64,000 nucleotides of DNA from assembly GCF_009914755.1 (NCBI RefSeq), contig NC_060927.1; one strand, written 5' to 3'. Source of the DNA: the human T2T-CHM13v2.0 reference genome, Homo sapiens. Shown in pieces: positions 37,110 through 51,729 of the stretch; the first letter of the stretch is position 1; each line of letters starts with the position of its first letter. The notes below the pieces were generated by a model. The model made no database searches. It had not been told where the DNA came from and saw nothing but the letters and a program-made list of their open reading frames with translations. The position numbers and the translations under genes are program-made.

Positions 37110-39030
37110 GTTTTAACATTTTACTACAGATAATTTAAAACACTCAAGTAGAGTGAATATGTATCTGTCATCCAGCTTAAACAATTACCAGTCATGGCCA
37201 ATATTGTTCCATTTAAGTGATTATTGACTTCACCCCTTCCCATACTTTGAATTATTTTGAGACAAATTGCAGATATCACATCATTTTAACAACACATATT
37301 TGAGGGGTTTCTTTAAAATGTCTAAAAAATTTAAAATAATGCATTACAAAGTCCAAATTCTCAAAGTGATGCATAATTCATTTTTTAATGTTTATTTGAT
37401 TGAATCAAGATTCCCTTGAGGTTTAGACATTAAGTATCTCTTTTATTCTTTCTCTATTTTTAACATTACATTTATGCAAGAGACAGCAAGAAAGGACCAC
37501 AGAATGTTTTGGGTTTCCAGTACCAGAGGAAGAGGTCATAGCAAGAGAAAAGGAAAGAAAGCAGGAAATTGGCAGAGATTCAGGAAATGGGCAGAGATTC
37601 AGAATCTAGGCCTGTGCATATTGACCCATTCTCTGGAGACCTCTCAGTTCCTGGGGCTGTCTTTGGGAGTCTAAATATCCTCTTTCTAGGTTTCTTCAGG
37701 GCGTGTTCCACTGGCTCCCTGGGCCCAGAAACCTGGACTGGATTAGATTATCTCTGGGCAGTTATTCTGTTTTTCTCCAGCCATTTCTAAGGAAACACCA
37801 CAGCACCTTTTCTTCCCCTCCTCCGAGCTAGTCCTTGGTGCTGTTTCTTGATGCCTCCTGTGTTCTTTGGCTTAAATTGCTTAGTGCGAGTAGATGTATG
37901 AAAGCAGCACTGGTGTTTCCAGGTGGAGTAGGTTGGGAATTTGCATTTCTGAAACCTCCCATCTCCTCATATATCTTTTAAGTGTATAGGTTCATCTTGC
38001 TTTTTCCTCATGCTGTTCATTTCTTGAATAAACCAGGATGTTTGTTTTGTAGTTTCCCTCTATCAAGTGATTTTTTCACTATGTTTCCATGGTATGATTT
38101 AATATGTTCTTTTATTCTGTATCCTATGAATTGGGTAGTAGCTGTAGAATCTTCCCCAGGTTCAGATTTGAGATTTTGGTAAGAATACTTCTTAGGTGAT
38201 ATTGTGTACTGCCAGCAGGGGACACATCATACGTGGTTCTCATTTTTTTGTTGTGTGATCTTAGTTGCCATCAGTATTCATAGACTACAGTCAGTATTTC
38301 ATTAGGCTCACACTTGTAATCCCAGCACTTTGGGAGGCCAAGGCAGGTGTATCACCTGAGGTCAGGAGTTCAAGACCAGCCTGGCCAACATGGTGAAACC
38401 CCGTCTTTACTAAAAATACAAAAATTAGCTGGGCGTGGTGGCGGGCACCTGTAATCCCAGCTACTCGGGAGGCTGAGACAAGAGAAGAGCTAAAACCCAG
38501 GAGGTGGAGTTTGCAGTGGAGCCGAGATCACACCAGTGTACTCCAGCCAGGGTGACAGAGCGAGATTCCGTCTTAAAAAAAGAAAAGAAAAGAAAAGAAA
38601 AAAGGAAAAAAATTAATATTCAAATTCTATTAGTCTATCTTTGCTTATCAGTTGAAATAATTTTCTAAAGAAAAACTTCCCTTGTCTACTATTTGGTTAT
38701 AGGAAAGGCAGAAAGTATATTTAAAATTTTCCCTATATTTCCTGGTTATGAAAATGATAATTTAGTCCCACAGTATCTGCCAAAGATGACTGATGAATTA
38801 TTTTCTTTGTCTCGTTCATGAACTCATAGATTTAGGTATAGTTGATGTTCATCAATGCATCACATAATTATTATTCTACTAATACTCCAATATCCCATCT
38901 TTGGCAAGTAGAAAATTCTTCAGTTGGTTGATGAATATTTTTGAAATAATCATAGTAGAGTTTTTCCTTTTTCTTATAACAAGATGTTTCAAGAACCAGC
39001 CATTTTTTCAAAAGAAGCAGCCGTTTCTTA
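37110..39030 (-). mobile_element. L1MC4/5-like 3' region in fragments (~37110-37440, ~37980-38304, ~38613-39030)
   Basis: CAGTCATGGCCAATATTG, GGTTCAGATTTGAGATTTTGG, AAACTTCCCTTGTCTACTATTTGGTTA, CCCATCTTTGGCAAGT. Confidence 0.7.
38305..38612 (+). mobile_element. AluSx-like, missing the first ~13 nt, with (GAAAA)n tail
   Basis: Starts at GGCTCACACTTGTAATCCC; both arms are present; no TSD is visible. Confidence 0.95.
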
Positions 39031-41784
39031 AAAAACAAAAACAAAAATAAGAAGTCAAAGTATTTGTCTGCTTTATTTACTGTTGTATCCTCAGTAGCCA
39101 GTTCCTGTAAAGTAGTTGGTATCAGTAGAAATTACTTTAATAATGTATATTTAAAAGGTAAAATTAATGTGAAAAACAAAAAAAAAATTAAAAATTAATT
39201 CAGAGTTTTGCTTTCTTCCAAGATGTGATAACAAGGAGATTTACCCTCTTACCTGAAATTCCTAAAACAAAAGCAAAAACAAAAAAAAAATGGTAATATG
39301 TATAAAACAATGATTCTTAAGACATTGGACAATAGATAATGAAGCTCATTGATCCCTGAGAGATGGGAAACAAGCTAGGTGAGCCCTATGATTGTCCAGC
39401 TTATTGGGCACTGTACAGGGCAGGGGACTCAGGATGAATGTGACAATCTATCTTTGTTGAGAACTTGAGTAAAGGTGGTTAAACTTCACAGAGAAGAACA
39501 TCAGAGAGGAGGCAACTTCAAAGAGGAAGAAGTCTGAGATCTGTAGACGGGTCCCTTTGAATATTGAGAACTGATGAACACAGTCATGGGAAGAAATGAC
39601 CCAATACTGGGGATAGGACCTTTGCAAAGATCAAAGGGAAGAATCTCATAAACCTGCCCAGTGCTGGCATCAGTGCCATTATGAGTGGAAATCTTCATTA
39701 TTCATGCAGAGGTGGCTTGAGTGCTAGGAAAGGTTTTGCTACAGTAATGGGAAAAAATCAATTCTAAAATAAATGCTGGTCGGCTTCAACCTAATAAACT
39801 TAAATGTAAGATCTGAAACGATCAAACTGCTTTCCCAAAACAAAGCTGAAAAATATTTACATGAAAGCAAACATTTTGAACATATAGCAAAGTAAAATTC
39901 ACAATGCATGGAATCCAATAAAAAATTTACTAGGCATGCAAAAATCATAAAAACATGACTGATGATAAAAATAAAAATTAATACATATTGACACAGATGA
40001 TGGAATTTGTAGACAAAGACATTAAAAGAGTATTGTAATTGAATTATAGATATTCAAGAAGCAAGAGAAAAGACTAAACATGCTAAGGAGAAAAATTAAA
40101 GATATAAAATATAGATTAAACTAAATTTCTGGAGATGAAAATAATAATATCTGAGATGAAGACGACGCTAATGGAATTAGTAGCAGTTTATACATTGGGA
40201 AGAAAAGACTAGTGAACATAAAAGCATGACCATAGGAACCACTGCAAATAAAACACATTAAAAGACAAACAAACAATAAGCAGAACATCCTGCAAATCAG
40301 TGAGGTATAGGAAAATTTAAACAGCCTAATATAGATGTAATTGGAGTCTCTGAAAGGGGGGAATGCAGCAAAAACAGATTTGAAAAAATAATGGCTAAGT
40401 TATTTTTAAAGTTAAGAAAACTATAAACTTGAAGATCCATTAAGAAACAAATCCCATGGACACAAAAACTGGAGAAAATTACACCAAGAGCTATCATAAT
40501 CAAATTGATTAAAAACAGTGATAAAAAATTGAAAGAAACCAGAGAAAATATGTTACATTTTGAAGAACCAAAGGTAATGGAGACAAATTTCTTGTAAAAA
40601 ATGGTGCAAATTAAAAGACTGCTGAGCAACATATTTGAAATACAGAAAGAAAAGAACTGAGAACCTAGAACTATTTACCAAGCAAAATTTTTTTTTCCTA
40701 AAGGAAGGCCCTGTGCTTTTTCAGACATACAAAAGCTGAAAGAATTTATTATAGCACACTTGCACTGTAAGAAATGTTAAAGGAAGTTTATGAAGTAAAA
40801 GAAAAAAATCATAACAGATGGAAATCTGGATGTACAAAGAATGAATAGCTTAAAAATAGTAAAAGATAATTAACTTTTAAGCAAAAAATAGTGATGTACT
40901 GTGGGTTTTATAACACTTGTGTAAGTAATATATAGATAGCAATAACACAAAGGCTGGGAGGAGAGAAATCAAGGTATAGTACTTAAAGCTCTTATCCTAT
41001 GTGTGAAGCAGTAAAATATCACTTAAGGGTAGATTGTTATGTTAAGGATGTATTCCATAAACTCCAAGGCAACGAGTCAAGTAACAATAGTTATAGTAAT
41101 AAATAAACAAAGAAATAAAATGGAATTATAAAAATCCAAAAGAAGGTAGTAAAAGAGGGAAAATAAGCCAATAACAGAATGGACAAATAGAAAACAAATA
41201 GAGAGATAGTAAACTTAAGCCTACCTCATCACAAATCTTATGAAATATAAATGGTCTCAATATCCAATTACTAGATTGTCATATTGGATTAAGAAAGGCA
41301 TGACTCAACCGAATGCTACACAAACTCACATTTTAAATATAAAGAACCAAATAGACTAAAAGTAAAAGGATGAAAAATGATATATCATGGTAAGACTAAT
41401 GAAAAGAAGGCTGGAGTGGCTATAAGGTAGATTTCAAAAGAATTATCAAAGTTGAAAAGAGTAATCTCAAAATAATAAAGAAGTCAATGATCAAGAGTGC
41501 ATAGCAATTTTAAACATTCATGCGCTTAATAAAAATGCATCACAATACATGAAGCAAACAAAAAAAAACCTCAAAAAACAAAAAGAACTGCAAGAAAAGT
41601 ATACAAATCCACAATTACAGCCAGAGATTTCAGTAACCTTTTCGTAATAATTAATAGAACTCATAGAAAAAAATCACAGCCCCATCAATCAATTTAAATG
41701 AAAACTTGTAAAACATTATCAACAAATTTGACTTAATTCATATTATAGAACATTCTACTTGACAACAGCAGTAAACACATTTTT

Positions 41785-41982
41785 ATTTTATTTATTTATT
41801 TATTATTATTTTATTTTACTTTAAGTTCCAGGACACATGTACAGAATGTGCAGGTTTGTTACATAGGTATACGTGTGCCGTGGTGATTTGCTGCATCTAT
41901 TGACTCATCCTATAAGTTCCCTCCCTCACTCCCCACCTCCCAGCAGGTTCTGGTGTGTGTTGTCCTCCTCCCTGTATCCATG
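41785..41982 (-). mobile_element. 5'-truncated L1PA (PA8-like) 3' end
   Basis: TTTAAGTTCCAGG...GTGCAGGTTTGTTACATAGGTATACGTGTGCC; 12-bp TSD AAACACATTTTT (41773-41784, 41983-41994). Confidence 0.9.
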
Positions 41983-42038
41983 AAACACATTTTTTTCCAA
42001 GTGTATATGAATATTTGCCAAGGTAGGTCATATTCTGA

Positions 42039-42470
<432 letters not shown>

Positions 42471-45439
42471 TGACCACACTTAAATAAAACAAAGATATCT
42501 GAAAAACTCATAAATATTGGAAACTAAATAATATACTTTTACATAACCCTTGAGTATAAAAGAAATGAAACAGCATATTAGAAAATATTTTGACCTAAAT
42601 AAAAAGAGAAACACAATATATCAACATTTGTGGAATAGGGCTAAAATAGTACTTAGAGATAATTTTTTTAGCATTAGACACCCATGTTACACAAGAAGAA
42701 AAAAATGTTCTCAGTTTCTATCTTAAGAATCCAGAGAGCATAGAGCAAATAAAACCTAAGGTAAGCAAAAGAAATAAACATAAAAATCAGGAGGTAGAAG
42801 TGAATAAAATAGAAAACAGAAACACAATAAAGAAAAATAATTAAACACAAAATCTGACTTTTGAGGAGGTAAATAAAATTGATAAACCACTAGCCAGACT
42901 GATCAGGAACAAAAAAATTGAAAGCATAAACAAAAGAAGGGACTAATATCAGAAGTGGAGAGGTGTTGTCACTCTAGACTATATAGATATCAAAAGAAAA
43001 ATAAAAGGATAGTATAAAAAACTTAATGGCAATAAATTTGACAGTCTAGTTGAAGTGAATAAATTCCTTGAGAGTTACAAATTACCAAACATCTCCTTAT
43101 TTAAATAATTTGAATAGACATGCCCATTAAATAAATACGTTTCTGGTTAAAAATTATCCCATGTTTAGGTTGCTCCATTGAGGATGTCTGCCAAATATTT
43201 TAGAAAGAGCCAATATCAATTTATATGACTTTTTCCATAAATTGAAAACGAGAGACTGTTTCCCAGCTCATTTTATAAGGCTAGCATTACTCTTATTCCA
43301 GACCAAAGACATTACAACATTAAAGTACAGACCAATATTCCTCATGAAAGTTGACAAAAAAAATTCTTAACAAATTTTTAGTAATTCAGATCCATCAGCA
43401 TGTAAAAAGGATAATGCATCATGATCAAATGAACCCTATCTCAGGAATACTAAATTGGTTTAATATTTGAAAATTAATCAATGTAATTCACCATATTAAT
43501 GGACTACCAAAGAGGGGAAACCCATACGATTACCTTAATAGACACAGAAATTGTTTTTGAAAGAATCCAACATTCATTCCTCATACAAATTCTTAGCAAA
43601 CTTGAAATAGAAAGGAACCTCTTCAATCTGATAGAGTGAAAAACTAAATACTTTCACCAAAGACCTGAAACAAGGCAAGGGTACCTATCCACTCTCAACA
43701 GTTCCATTCAACATTTTATTAGCCCATGCAATAGGGGATATGCAATTCAGATGGGAAAGGAAGAAGTAAACCTGTATTCAGTTGCAGATCACATAATGGC
43801 CTATGCAGTAAACCTCTCTAAAACTAATAAATGAGTTTAGCAACTTTGTAAGATACCATATCAATATGCACAACAATATTTCTATAAATTAGTAATGCAT
43901 AATCCAAAATTCTAATTTTATATTCTATAAATTAGTAATGAATAATCAGAAATTCTAATTTTGAAATCTTTTTAATAGTATCAAAACTATGAAATGGTTA
44001 ATGATAAATCTGGCAGTTATGCAAGACCGTCACAGAGCATTTCTGAGTTACCATTTGGTATACATTCCCACCAGCAGTTTGGCAGTTTCTTAGTAAAAGT
44101 GTACCTTCCATGGGAGCTACCATTTCACATACATTTTTTGTAGAAAAATGTAGGCATATGTCCATGCAGACCTCAACATGAATGTTCAAGCAACTTTATT
44201 TGTAATAGACAAAAAACAGAAACAGCCTCAAGTTCTACAGGCTAAAGAATAAACACACTGGTGTGTTCATAAAATGGATACGAATCAACAGACTATTGAT
44301 ATATACCATAGCATAGATAAAGTGCAACATAATTATTCCAAGTAAAAGAAGCCAGACCAAAAAAGAGTATATCCTATATGATTTCATTGATCTACAATGA
44401 TGGAAAAAAACAAACTAATTTGAAGTGAAAGATACATATCAAGGTTTCCTGGGGACTGGTAAGAGGGATAGGAGGAGGAGATTACAAAGGAGCAGGGGAA
44501 ACTTTTGAGGCTGATGAAGATGTTAATTTTTGTCTTCATTATGAGATGATTTCATGGGTAATACATATGTCAAAATTTATCAAATTGGGTATTTGTAATA
44601 TGTGCAGTTTATTGTATAGTATCAATTATACCTCAGTAAAACTGTGAAAATTACCCATCATCTCACCAGTAAGAGGTAATTACCACTATCCTAGTAGTAT
44701 ATTCCTCAGTGTGCACAGGAGCCATACAAAGATGTTTGATAAACTACTTTTATCTCTTAACAATGCATCATAAATACCTTTGTAAGTAAAACATGTTAGA
44801 GATAATTTTGTCAGCAATTATACAGGGGCTTACAATGTTGTTCCTTCTTATCACTTATGAATCCACAACTGAAAAGAGCTCTACACAAATTGTTTATACT
44901 GTTTTATGTTTTTATTTATTTTTAGTAGCAAAGACCAAGAAAGCAACCAAACTATCAATAAGAAAAAAAGGAATATGGTTTAGTAAATTATGGTGCATTG
45001 ACACAATGGAATATTATTAAGCCATTTAAACAATTAGACATTTATAACAATATGGGAAAATGTTTCTTTTATAACATTTAACATAAAATTTAGGTTAAAA
45101 TCTACCATTGGTGGTTGGAAGTACAAGAGATAACATTTAAAACAGTGACAAAATGTGAATTAGTATGACACTCGGATACTCTGATACAAATATAGCACAT
45201 AAGAACAACAATAAAATATTGTATCTTCATTTCCATACATGGGTGTGTAGGTTCTTACTAAAAATTGTATCTAGCTCTGAACTTCATAATTTTGAAAAAA
45301 GCTAGAATATTTGTATTCAGCAACAAAAATAATTCAAAATCTAAACATTCACCATTATCAGAAAACGTTAAAGATGTTAGAATAGTTTAGCCTGCATAAG
45401 CCAGAAAATGCATACTATTTGTACATAAAGAAATGTCTT

Positions 45440-45620
45440 TGGGCACATATTATCTATATTTTATTATTCCATATACTTAAATATAATACATATTACTTAA
45501 ATATACATAAAATATTATAATTAAAGATAATTATAAATTAATTAAAGATACTTAATTATAAATACCCTTAGGTATAATTATTAAAATCCTCATTGAATAT
45601 GTACATTATAAATGATAGAA
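45440..45620. repeat. AT-rich low-complexity tract
   Basis: Almost entirely A/T, with imperfect repeats of TACTTAAATATA and AATTAAAGATA. Confidence 0.7.
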
Positions 45621-47432
45621 CTATCATCAAGGTTTTCATATAACAACATTTTCGTTTAACATTATTAGACATCTTGGTGACAGTTTGTCCTAGTTGCTGC
45701 TGGAGATCTTGATTTGAGATCTGCTGTAGCTATCTTTTTGTTTTTCTTAAATAAGAATAGGTTGATCCTGGAAAGGACATCAGAGATGATCTATTTCAAT
45801 ATCTGAATTTAATGGTGAGTAAATTGTGGTGAAAAGACATCAAAGCTCACGGGGCTAATTATTGGGAAGAATTCAACCCAGATTTACTTACTCCTAATAT
45901 ACAGTCACCCTCATTTAAAAAACAAATTATTACATTCTGTTTTATAGTGAACTGTTCACTTTAAGAAGCTACTCTTTTGGTAAGACAATTCTCCTGAAGA
46001 TAGAAATTTAATTGTTTGTTCCAATAAAATGGGGTTGCTGAAGGTCTTGCCCAAATTATTCTATTGGCAATCTTAATAATAACAATCCAGATTCCTGAAA
46101 TCCAGAATCCTGAACTCAAAAGTCCATTGGTTTTCCCTTATCAGTTCTCAGGGCTAATAACTTAACTAAAAAAATTACTGTGTTTTCACTGCATTTACCA
46201 CCATGCTGGGCACTGGTAGTATCACAGGTAAATAGAATAGAGCTGAATCAGACAAACCCACTCTGGCCTAAAAGTGCACATGGCTGAAATGCACACCAAG
46301 GTGATGACTTAGTGATTAATCAGCATAGGGACAATGAGCACATTTTCTCACCTTACTAAATCCGCAAGGGAAGCTGAGGATAACCTGGCAATGCCAGTTT
46401 GCCCTAGGGACCCCCAGGCTCTGCCTTTTTCTGTGCTTCTGTAACTGATCAACCTCCTTGTTAGTAAAATATTCTATCTTTAGAAATGTTCATACATTTA
46501 ATCCAGCCTTAGTCAAACCCTGCAGGCCTAGGAGTCATTCTGTTCCTATGAGGTAACTTTGCATACTTCTATTCTGCTGTACTTTGATCTCTCAGCTTAA
46601 CCCTCAGAGCCAGTCTTAGTCTCTCATTTTCGAATTATTGGGGGCATCATTTTGTAGCCTCCTGAATTCACAACCTTCAGAAAGAGTTTTAACTCTTTTT
46701 CTATGTCTGTTTAAGATAGGGATTCTGAAATACACATTTTAACACATTCCTTTTAACATTACTCTGTGTACTCAGCTATATAACAATGATGATGTTTCAA
46801 TCCTCTCAATTCTGTCAAGAGCTATTAGTGATGATTAGTACAGTAGATATTGCTCCTGTAGTAGCTGTTTTTAGCCTGTAAAAATAGGTAGAATTTAGGC
46901 AGTAATTTCACAGTAATGAAATGAGAAATGAATACTCTTGAATCTTTTATGATTACCATTGTAGCTTTATGGAGACTCAGGATTTACATATGCTTTGGGC
47001 AAAAGAGTCGATTAAGTAATAGAGAAAGAAAATGAAATTACTTTTCATTCTGGATAACCAAATAGATGCTTTTTAATTTTATTTTTAAAGGAATTTCTTT
47101 TAAAACAAATTTAAGATCTACACATTTTTTTTTCCCGGAAGAGTCTTGAGTCATCTGGTTTAGCCTCCTGTCTCTAAATATGTCTATGCCCACAAAACTA
47201 TTTTTGAAGATTTAGAGATGAAGAACTCAGAATGTCCTTTGTATATTGTTTTTAGGTTCAATTTCCTATGCGGTCCTTAGGTCTAATTAAACTCTCTCTT
47301 GCTTTGATTATATTCTGTTCTCTTTTCAGTTTTCTTTGGAGAAGAACAGTCAATCTTCAATTCTTGTAATAGTGCTGATTGCACTGAGAAAAATTTGAGA
47401 GTTGTTTTCTAGCCCTCTCTTTTTGTTAGTAG

Positions 47433-47779
<347 letters not shown>

Positions 47780-48849
47780 TATATTATACTTTTCTACCCC
47801 ATAATCATTTTCATTGCTCTGGGCCACCTTAGTTTAACAGAGGTCAACAATGGGGCAATTCACCTAAGAAGAGATGGCTGCTCTAGGGTACAGTAGAAGG
47901 CTGACTTCCTGAGCACTGAACACCTAGTTCCCATGAACAGATCACAGTACCACCAGACTTTTAGAACAACGCCATTAGCAGTTTGGGATGATTTCTGCTC
48001 CAGCCTTTTCCTGTTGCATCTGGCCCCCGCTAGCCTGCTTCTGTATTGTTCTGAAGACAAAGAACAAAAGCCATAAAATTGGAAAAGCCAATTTTATGTA
48101 AGCCAGTTTTTTTTTTAATCAGTATATCAATAAAAGCCAAAAGAAGAAACTCGATAGCTCATCTAATCTCTGGAAACTGAGGCCTGGAGAAAATAAATTT
48201 CCCCTATTCGCAGTGCTACTGTGGTGATGTGGATACATGAACTCATCTCTTCAGACTGGCAAGCCAGTATTTGTTTTTCATCATCATGCAATGTATTTCA
48301 TAGTTTATTTTTGTTGTCGTTGTTGTTCCAAACTGAGTTGTTCTATTTTTATGGACGCCTTTCTGAAGCAAAAGATTGAATTCAAAGTGCTCTGTAGAGA
48401 CAAAAAATAGTCTCAAGCCTGCATTATTTATTTCAGCTGAAAGCCCAATTAACAGCCCCTTACTTATGTTATTTGCCTTAGGAATTATAATATTATTTGA
48501 TATCAATTCCAATCTCAACCCTCTTGGATAATTACTCGATATCCAATATCTTAGAAGGTGGAACAAATTGAGCAATTTGAGGGTATTGTTAGTGTTCACT
48601 TACATAGTGAACGATCCTTAAGCCTTAGTACAATTTGGTTTTGGGTGTGGCAGGAGGAGCTAGAAAAAAAATCAAGGCTTACTGAAAGATGTACGCTCAT
48701 AGGAATGGAAGTATTAGGTGATCCTGCAAACACTGAAGTTTCAAATGAAGACCCTGTCATCTCTTCACTATTCAATTCCAGAAATCATCACAAAACCTTT
48801 GCAACTGAAAGATATCTCATAGCAATGTTGGGTCCATGAACTGAGAATC

Positions 48850-49012
48850 ACTGTGCATGGGAGGACACTGCATCACGACTGCATGTGGGAGCTTTAGAAA
48901 TCATTCCACTCACGCTATACCTCAGACCAATTAAACCAGAATCTCTAGGGGTGGGTTCAGCCATCAATATTTTATAAAGCTTCCGTGCACTCAAAGTTGA
49001 GAACTTCTCACT
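48850..49012. mobile_element. MER5A-like hAT MITE
   Basis: CAGACCAATTAAACCAGAATCTCTAGGGGTGGG...CAAAGTTGAGAAC. Confidence 0.7.
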
Positions 49013-49189
49013 GTCGTCAAGTGCCAAGTACTTTTGGCAGTTTTAATATCTTCTTTACAGTTTATCTTTCCCCCATTTTTGACTTAGGTGATACTATCCT
49101 CATTGATTATAAAAAGATAACTTTTTTCAGAACCATAGTTTATGATAGTTTAAATCATAATGTAAATATATTATATATATTATTGTCTT

Positions 49190-49660
49190 TCACTAATTCA
49201 TTTAACATTGACTTATTGTGCCTACATTGAGCCAGAAAACGTTTTCCTTGCCAAGGATTGTACTGGTAAATAAAACTTGCAGAAAGTGATCGAAATGAAG
49301 TGATAGAGAAATATTAGGGATGATGGGAATGATTGGAAAATACTTCTACAGGGAATGCCTCTTTGAGAAAGTCACAGTTAAAAGCAGATTAGGAGGAAGA
49401 GAGGAGAACATTATTGAGTTAATTTAGCAATTCCAGAGAGGCCATTATATGCCAGAAAATGCAGCCATAAAGATATACAAGATGTGGCTCTGTCTTCTAG
49501 AAACTCACAGCTTGGTAGAGAAGCTAAATAAATACACTAATAATTAAATACAACAAGACAAATGTTAATAGAGGAATGTACCAACTGCCATGGGGGCACA
49601 GGGTCAGACAAAGCTTCAGAAGGTAATCTTGGAAAAACTTAGAGACCTTCATGAATTTGC
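49190..49660 (-). mobile_element. L2 fragments
   Basis: CATTTAACATTGACTTATTGTGCCTAC; CTAGAAACTCACAG...TGCCATGGGGGCACAG. Confidence 0.55.
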
Positions 49661-50159
49661 ACAGGCTCTATACACAGGGCTGTGTAAATCTCCAATTTTA
49701 GCACATGTACTATAATGCCTGCTCTTTCTGTGTTGTTAAGTTTGATCCTGGGATGGAAAGGGATTGTAATTTCCTCTCATTAACTCCTCTTTATAAAACA
49801 TTCCGTATGCATATAGATATACATATGCCTACGTCTGTAACAGGTAAACAATAATTATAATGAATCTCTAAGTCTATACTTGAGAGGGGAAAAAAATGAC
49901 TTATTTTTATGAACAGGGAAAGTCCAACATGTTTCAAGTTGATGGCTCAGGGGTTTATGTTTGTCAGTGTAACCATGTCCAGTTTAGCAAGAGTTTATAT
50001 GAACTCAGTCATCTGAAAGTTTTATTTTTTCCAAAGTCTAGAGTTGCAAATATTTGATCACCAAAGCACTGTGACAATTACTTCTGTCTAAAAATGTCTA
50101 GGGTCTACAGCCCTGATTTTTCTGCTTTACTGATGGCTTGGATATGGATAGAGCAATAG

Positions 50160-50208
50160 ATCTTACTTATATAGTAATCTTACTTATATAATAATCTTAC
50201 TTATAAAA
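50160..50208. repeat. 17-bp tandem repeat, ~2.9 copies (ATCTTACTTATATARTA)
   Basis: Read directly from the sequence. Confidence 0.9.
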
Positions 50209-50525
50209 TCACCCAGAAGGCCACTATTACTCCAATTGGATCTTTATGCTGTTTGGGTGTCCTAAGTGTGTCTTTCCTCACAGTAAATGAGATAGCCTAG
50301 ATGCCAGTAGGATACTACTCTTTGGTGTTCAAGTAATCAGACCAATAGGGAGGTTAACAGAAAATATATTTAAGTCGTTGAGCAAATGACTCCCTTATGA
50401 TCCTTTTTATCTAGTTGTCCAATGTATTTTCTATGAGAAATAATGAATCATCTCTTTCTAGGCTTCATAAATTCCTCTCAATTTTTAACTGAGCTCTAGC
50501 TCTCATTTCCCCCTGTCTCTGTTTT

Positions 50526-51037
50526 TGTGCTGGATACTGCTGTCTGCTAATTCTATTGCTCTGTTTTAACAGAATTCCAGTTTTTTGTCTGTGGTTTCAA
50601 TGTATGCAGCTAAAATCCACACTAATTTCACAGGTTCCCTTATAATAAAGGATGCTCATATGACACTGTCCTAGTAAGGAAGTGGAACTCAGTAGGGGAC
50701 ACTGCTGCGACAGCTGTTATTTTCTCAATAAAATACAGATTCACAAGTACATTCCCTTTGCCCTTCACTTTTCACCACTTCTTGCCTGGAGAAGAGGATT
50801 GATGACCAGTGAGGGGAGTCACATCTTGGAACCATGGGGGCTGAGGCCACATTCTAAAGAGAATGAATCAGAGTTAGATTATGCTTCATTCTGTAATGAC
50901 TTCCTTGATCCACCATATGAGTGCTAGATTGCTCAACTCTGGACTTCTTAGTCTATGTAAACAATAAGCCCCTATTGAGTTGAGTCATTGTGGATAAATT
51001 TTGTTACCACTAACTGAAGGCATTGATAACTGATAAA
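50526..51037 (+). mobile_element. MLT1I/J-like LTR
   Basis: TAACAGAATTCCAG...CATATGACAC...CATCTTGGAACCATG...CTCTGGACTTCTT...TAACTGATAAA. Confidence 0.7.
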
Positions 51038-51064
51038 CTAATTTTCATTTTGTCTGGGTCAACA

Positions 51065-51290
51065 TTTCAATATTATGGAAAAAGAGATTTTGGAGTGAGA
51101 CATACTTGAACTAAAATTACAATTCTGCTTCTTACCAGCTGTGTGATCTTAGGCAAGTTATTTTACTGATCTGAGTTAGTTTTCTTATATGTAAAACAGA
51201 AATAGTAATACCTTGTTTTTAAAATTATTATAATATTAAAAGAGATTGTATATATCAAGGCATTTTAAAATAGTGTTATTCAATAAATGT
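51065..51290 (+). mobile_element. MIR
   Basis: CTTACCAGCTGTGTGATCTTAGGCAAGTTA...ATGTAAAACAGAAATAGTAATACC. Confidence 0.8.
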
Positions 51291-51729
51291 CCTTTCTGGC
51301 ATCATGCACCAAAACATCATTATTATCATCATCCATAAATATTTGTTAATTCTGTACTACATAAAGCTCTCCACTTGAAACATACTTGGGTTAAGGTCCT
51401 AGATTTCTACCTCATTTCACAATATAAAGCACAGAAGCTAAACTACGAATAAATGAGCCCTTGTTTTCTCATAAACAAAAGTTATAAAAAGTAGAGATCT
51501 TAAACATTTGTTTTATTGAAGTAGAGCTGCTTGATTTATATCCTGTCCTTAATCTCTGTTTCCCTGAAATTGGTGTCAGAATAATATACATGGAGAAAGA
51601 AATGGATGAATATTGGCTACAACAACACATAAACTAATAGATTTTTAAAATGAAATAAAATAATTTCTGTTAGAATAGAGTAAAATTCCCTTCACCTTAG
51701 GAGGCAGGAAGCCAGGAAGAGAGGTAGGG

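Noticed and set aside
50160-50208. Short direct repeats as a CRISPR-like array
   Set aside because: Head-to-tail 17-mers with no spacers in primate DNA; an ordinary slippage minisatellite.
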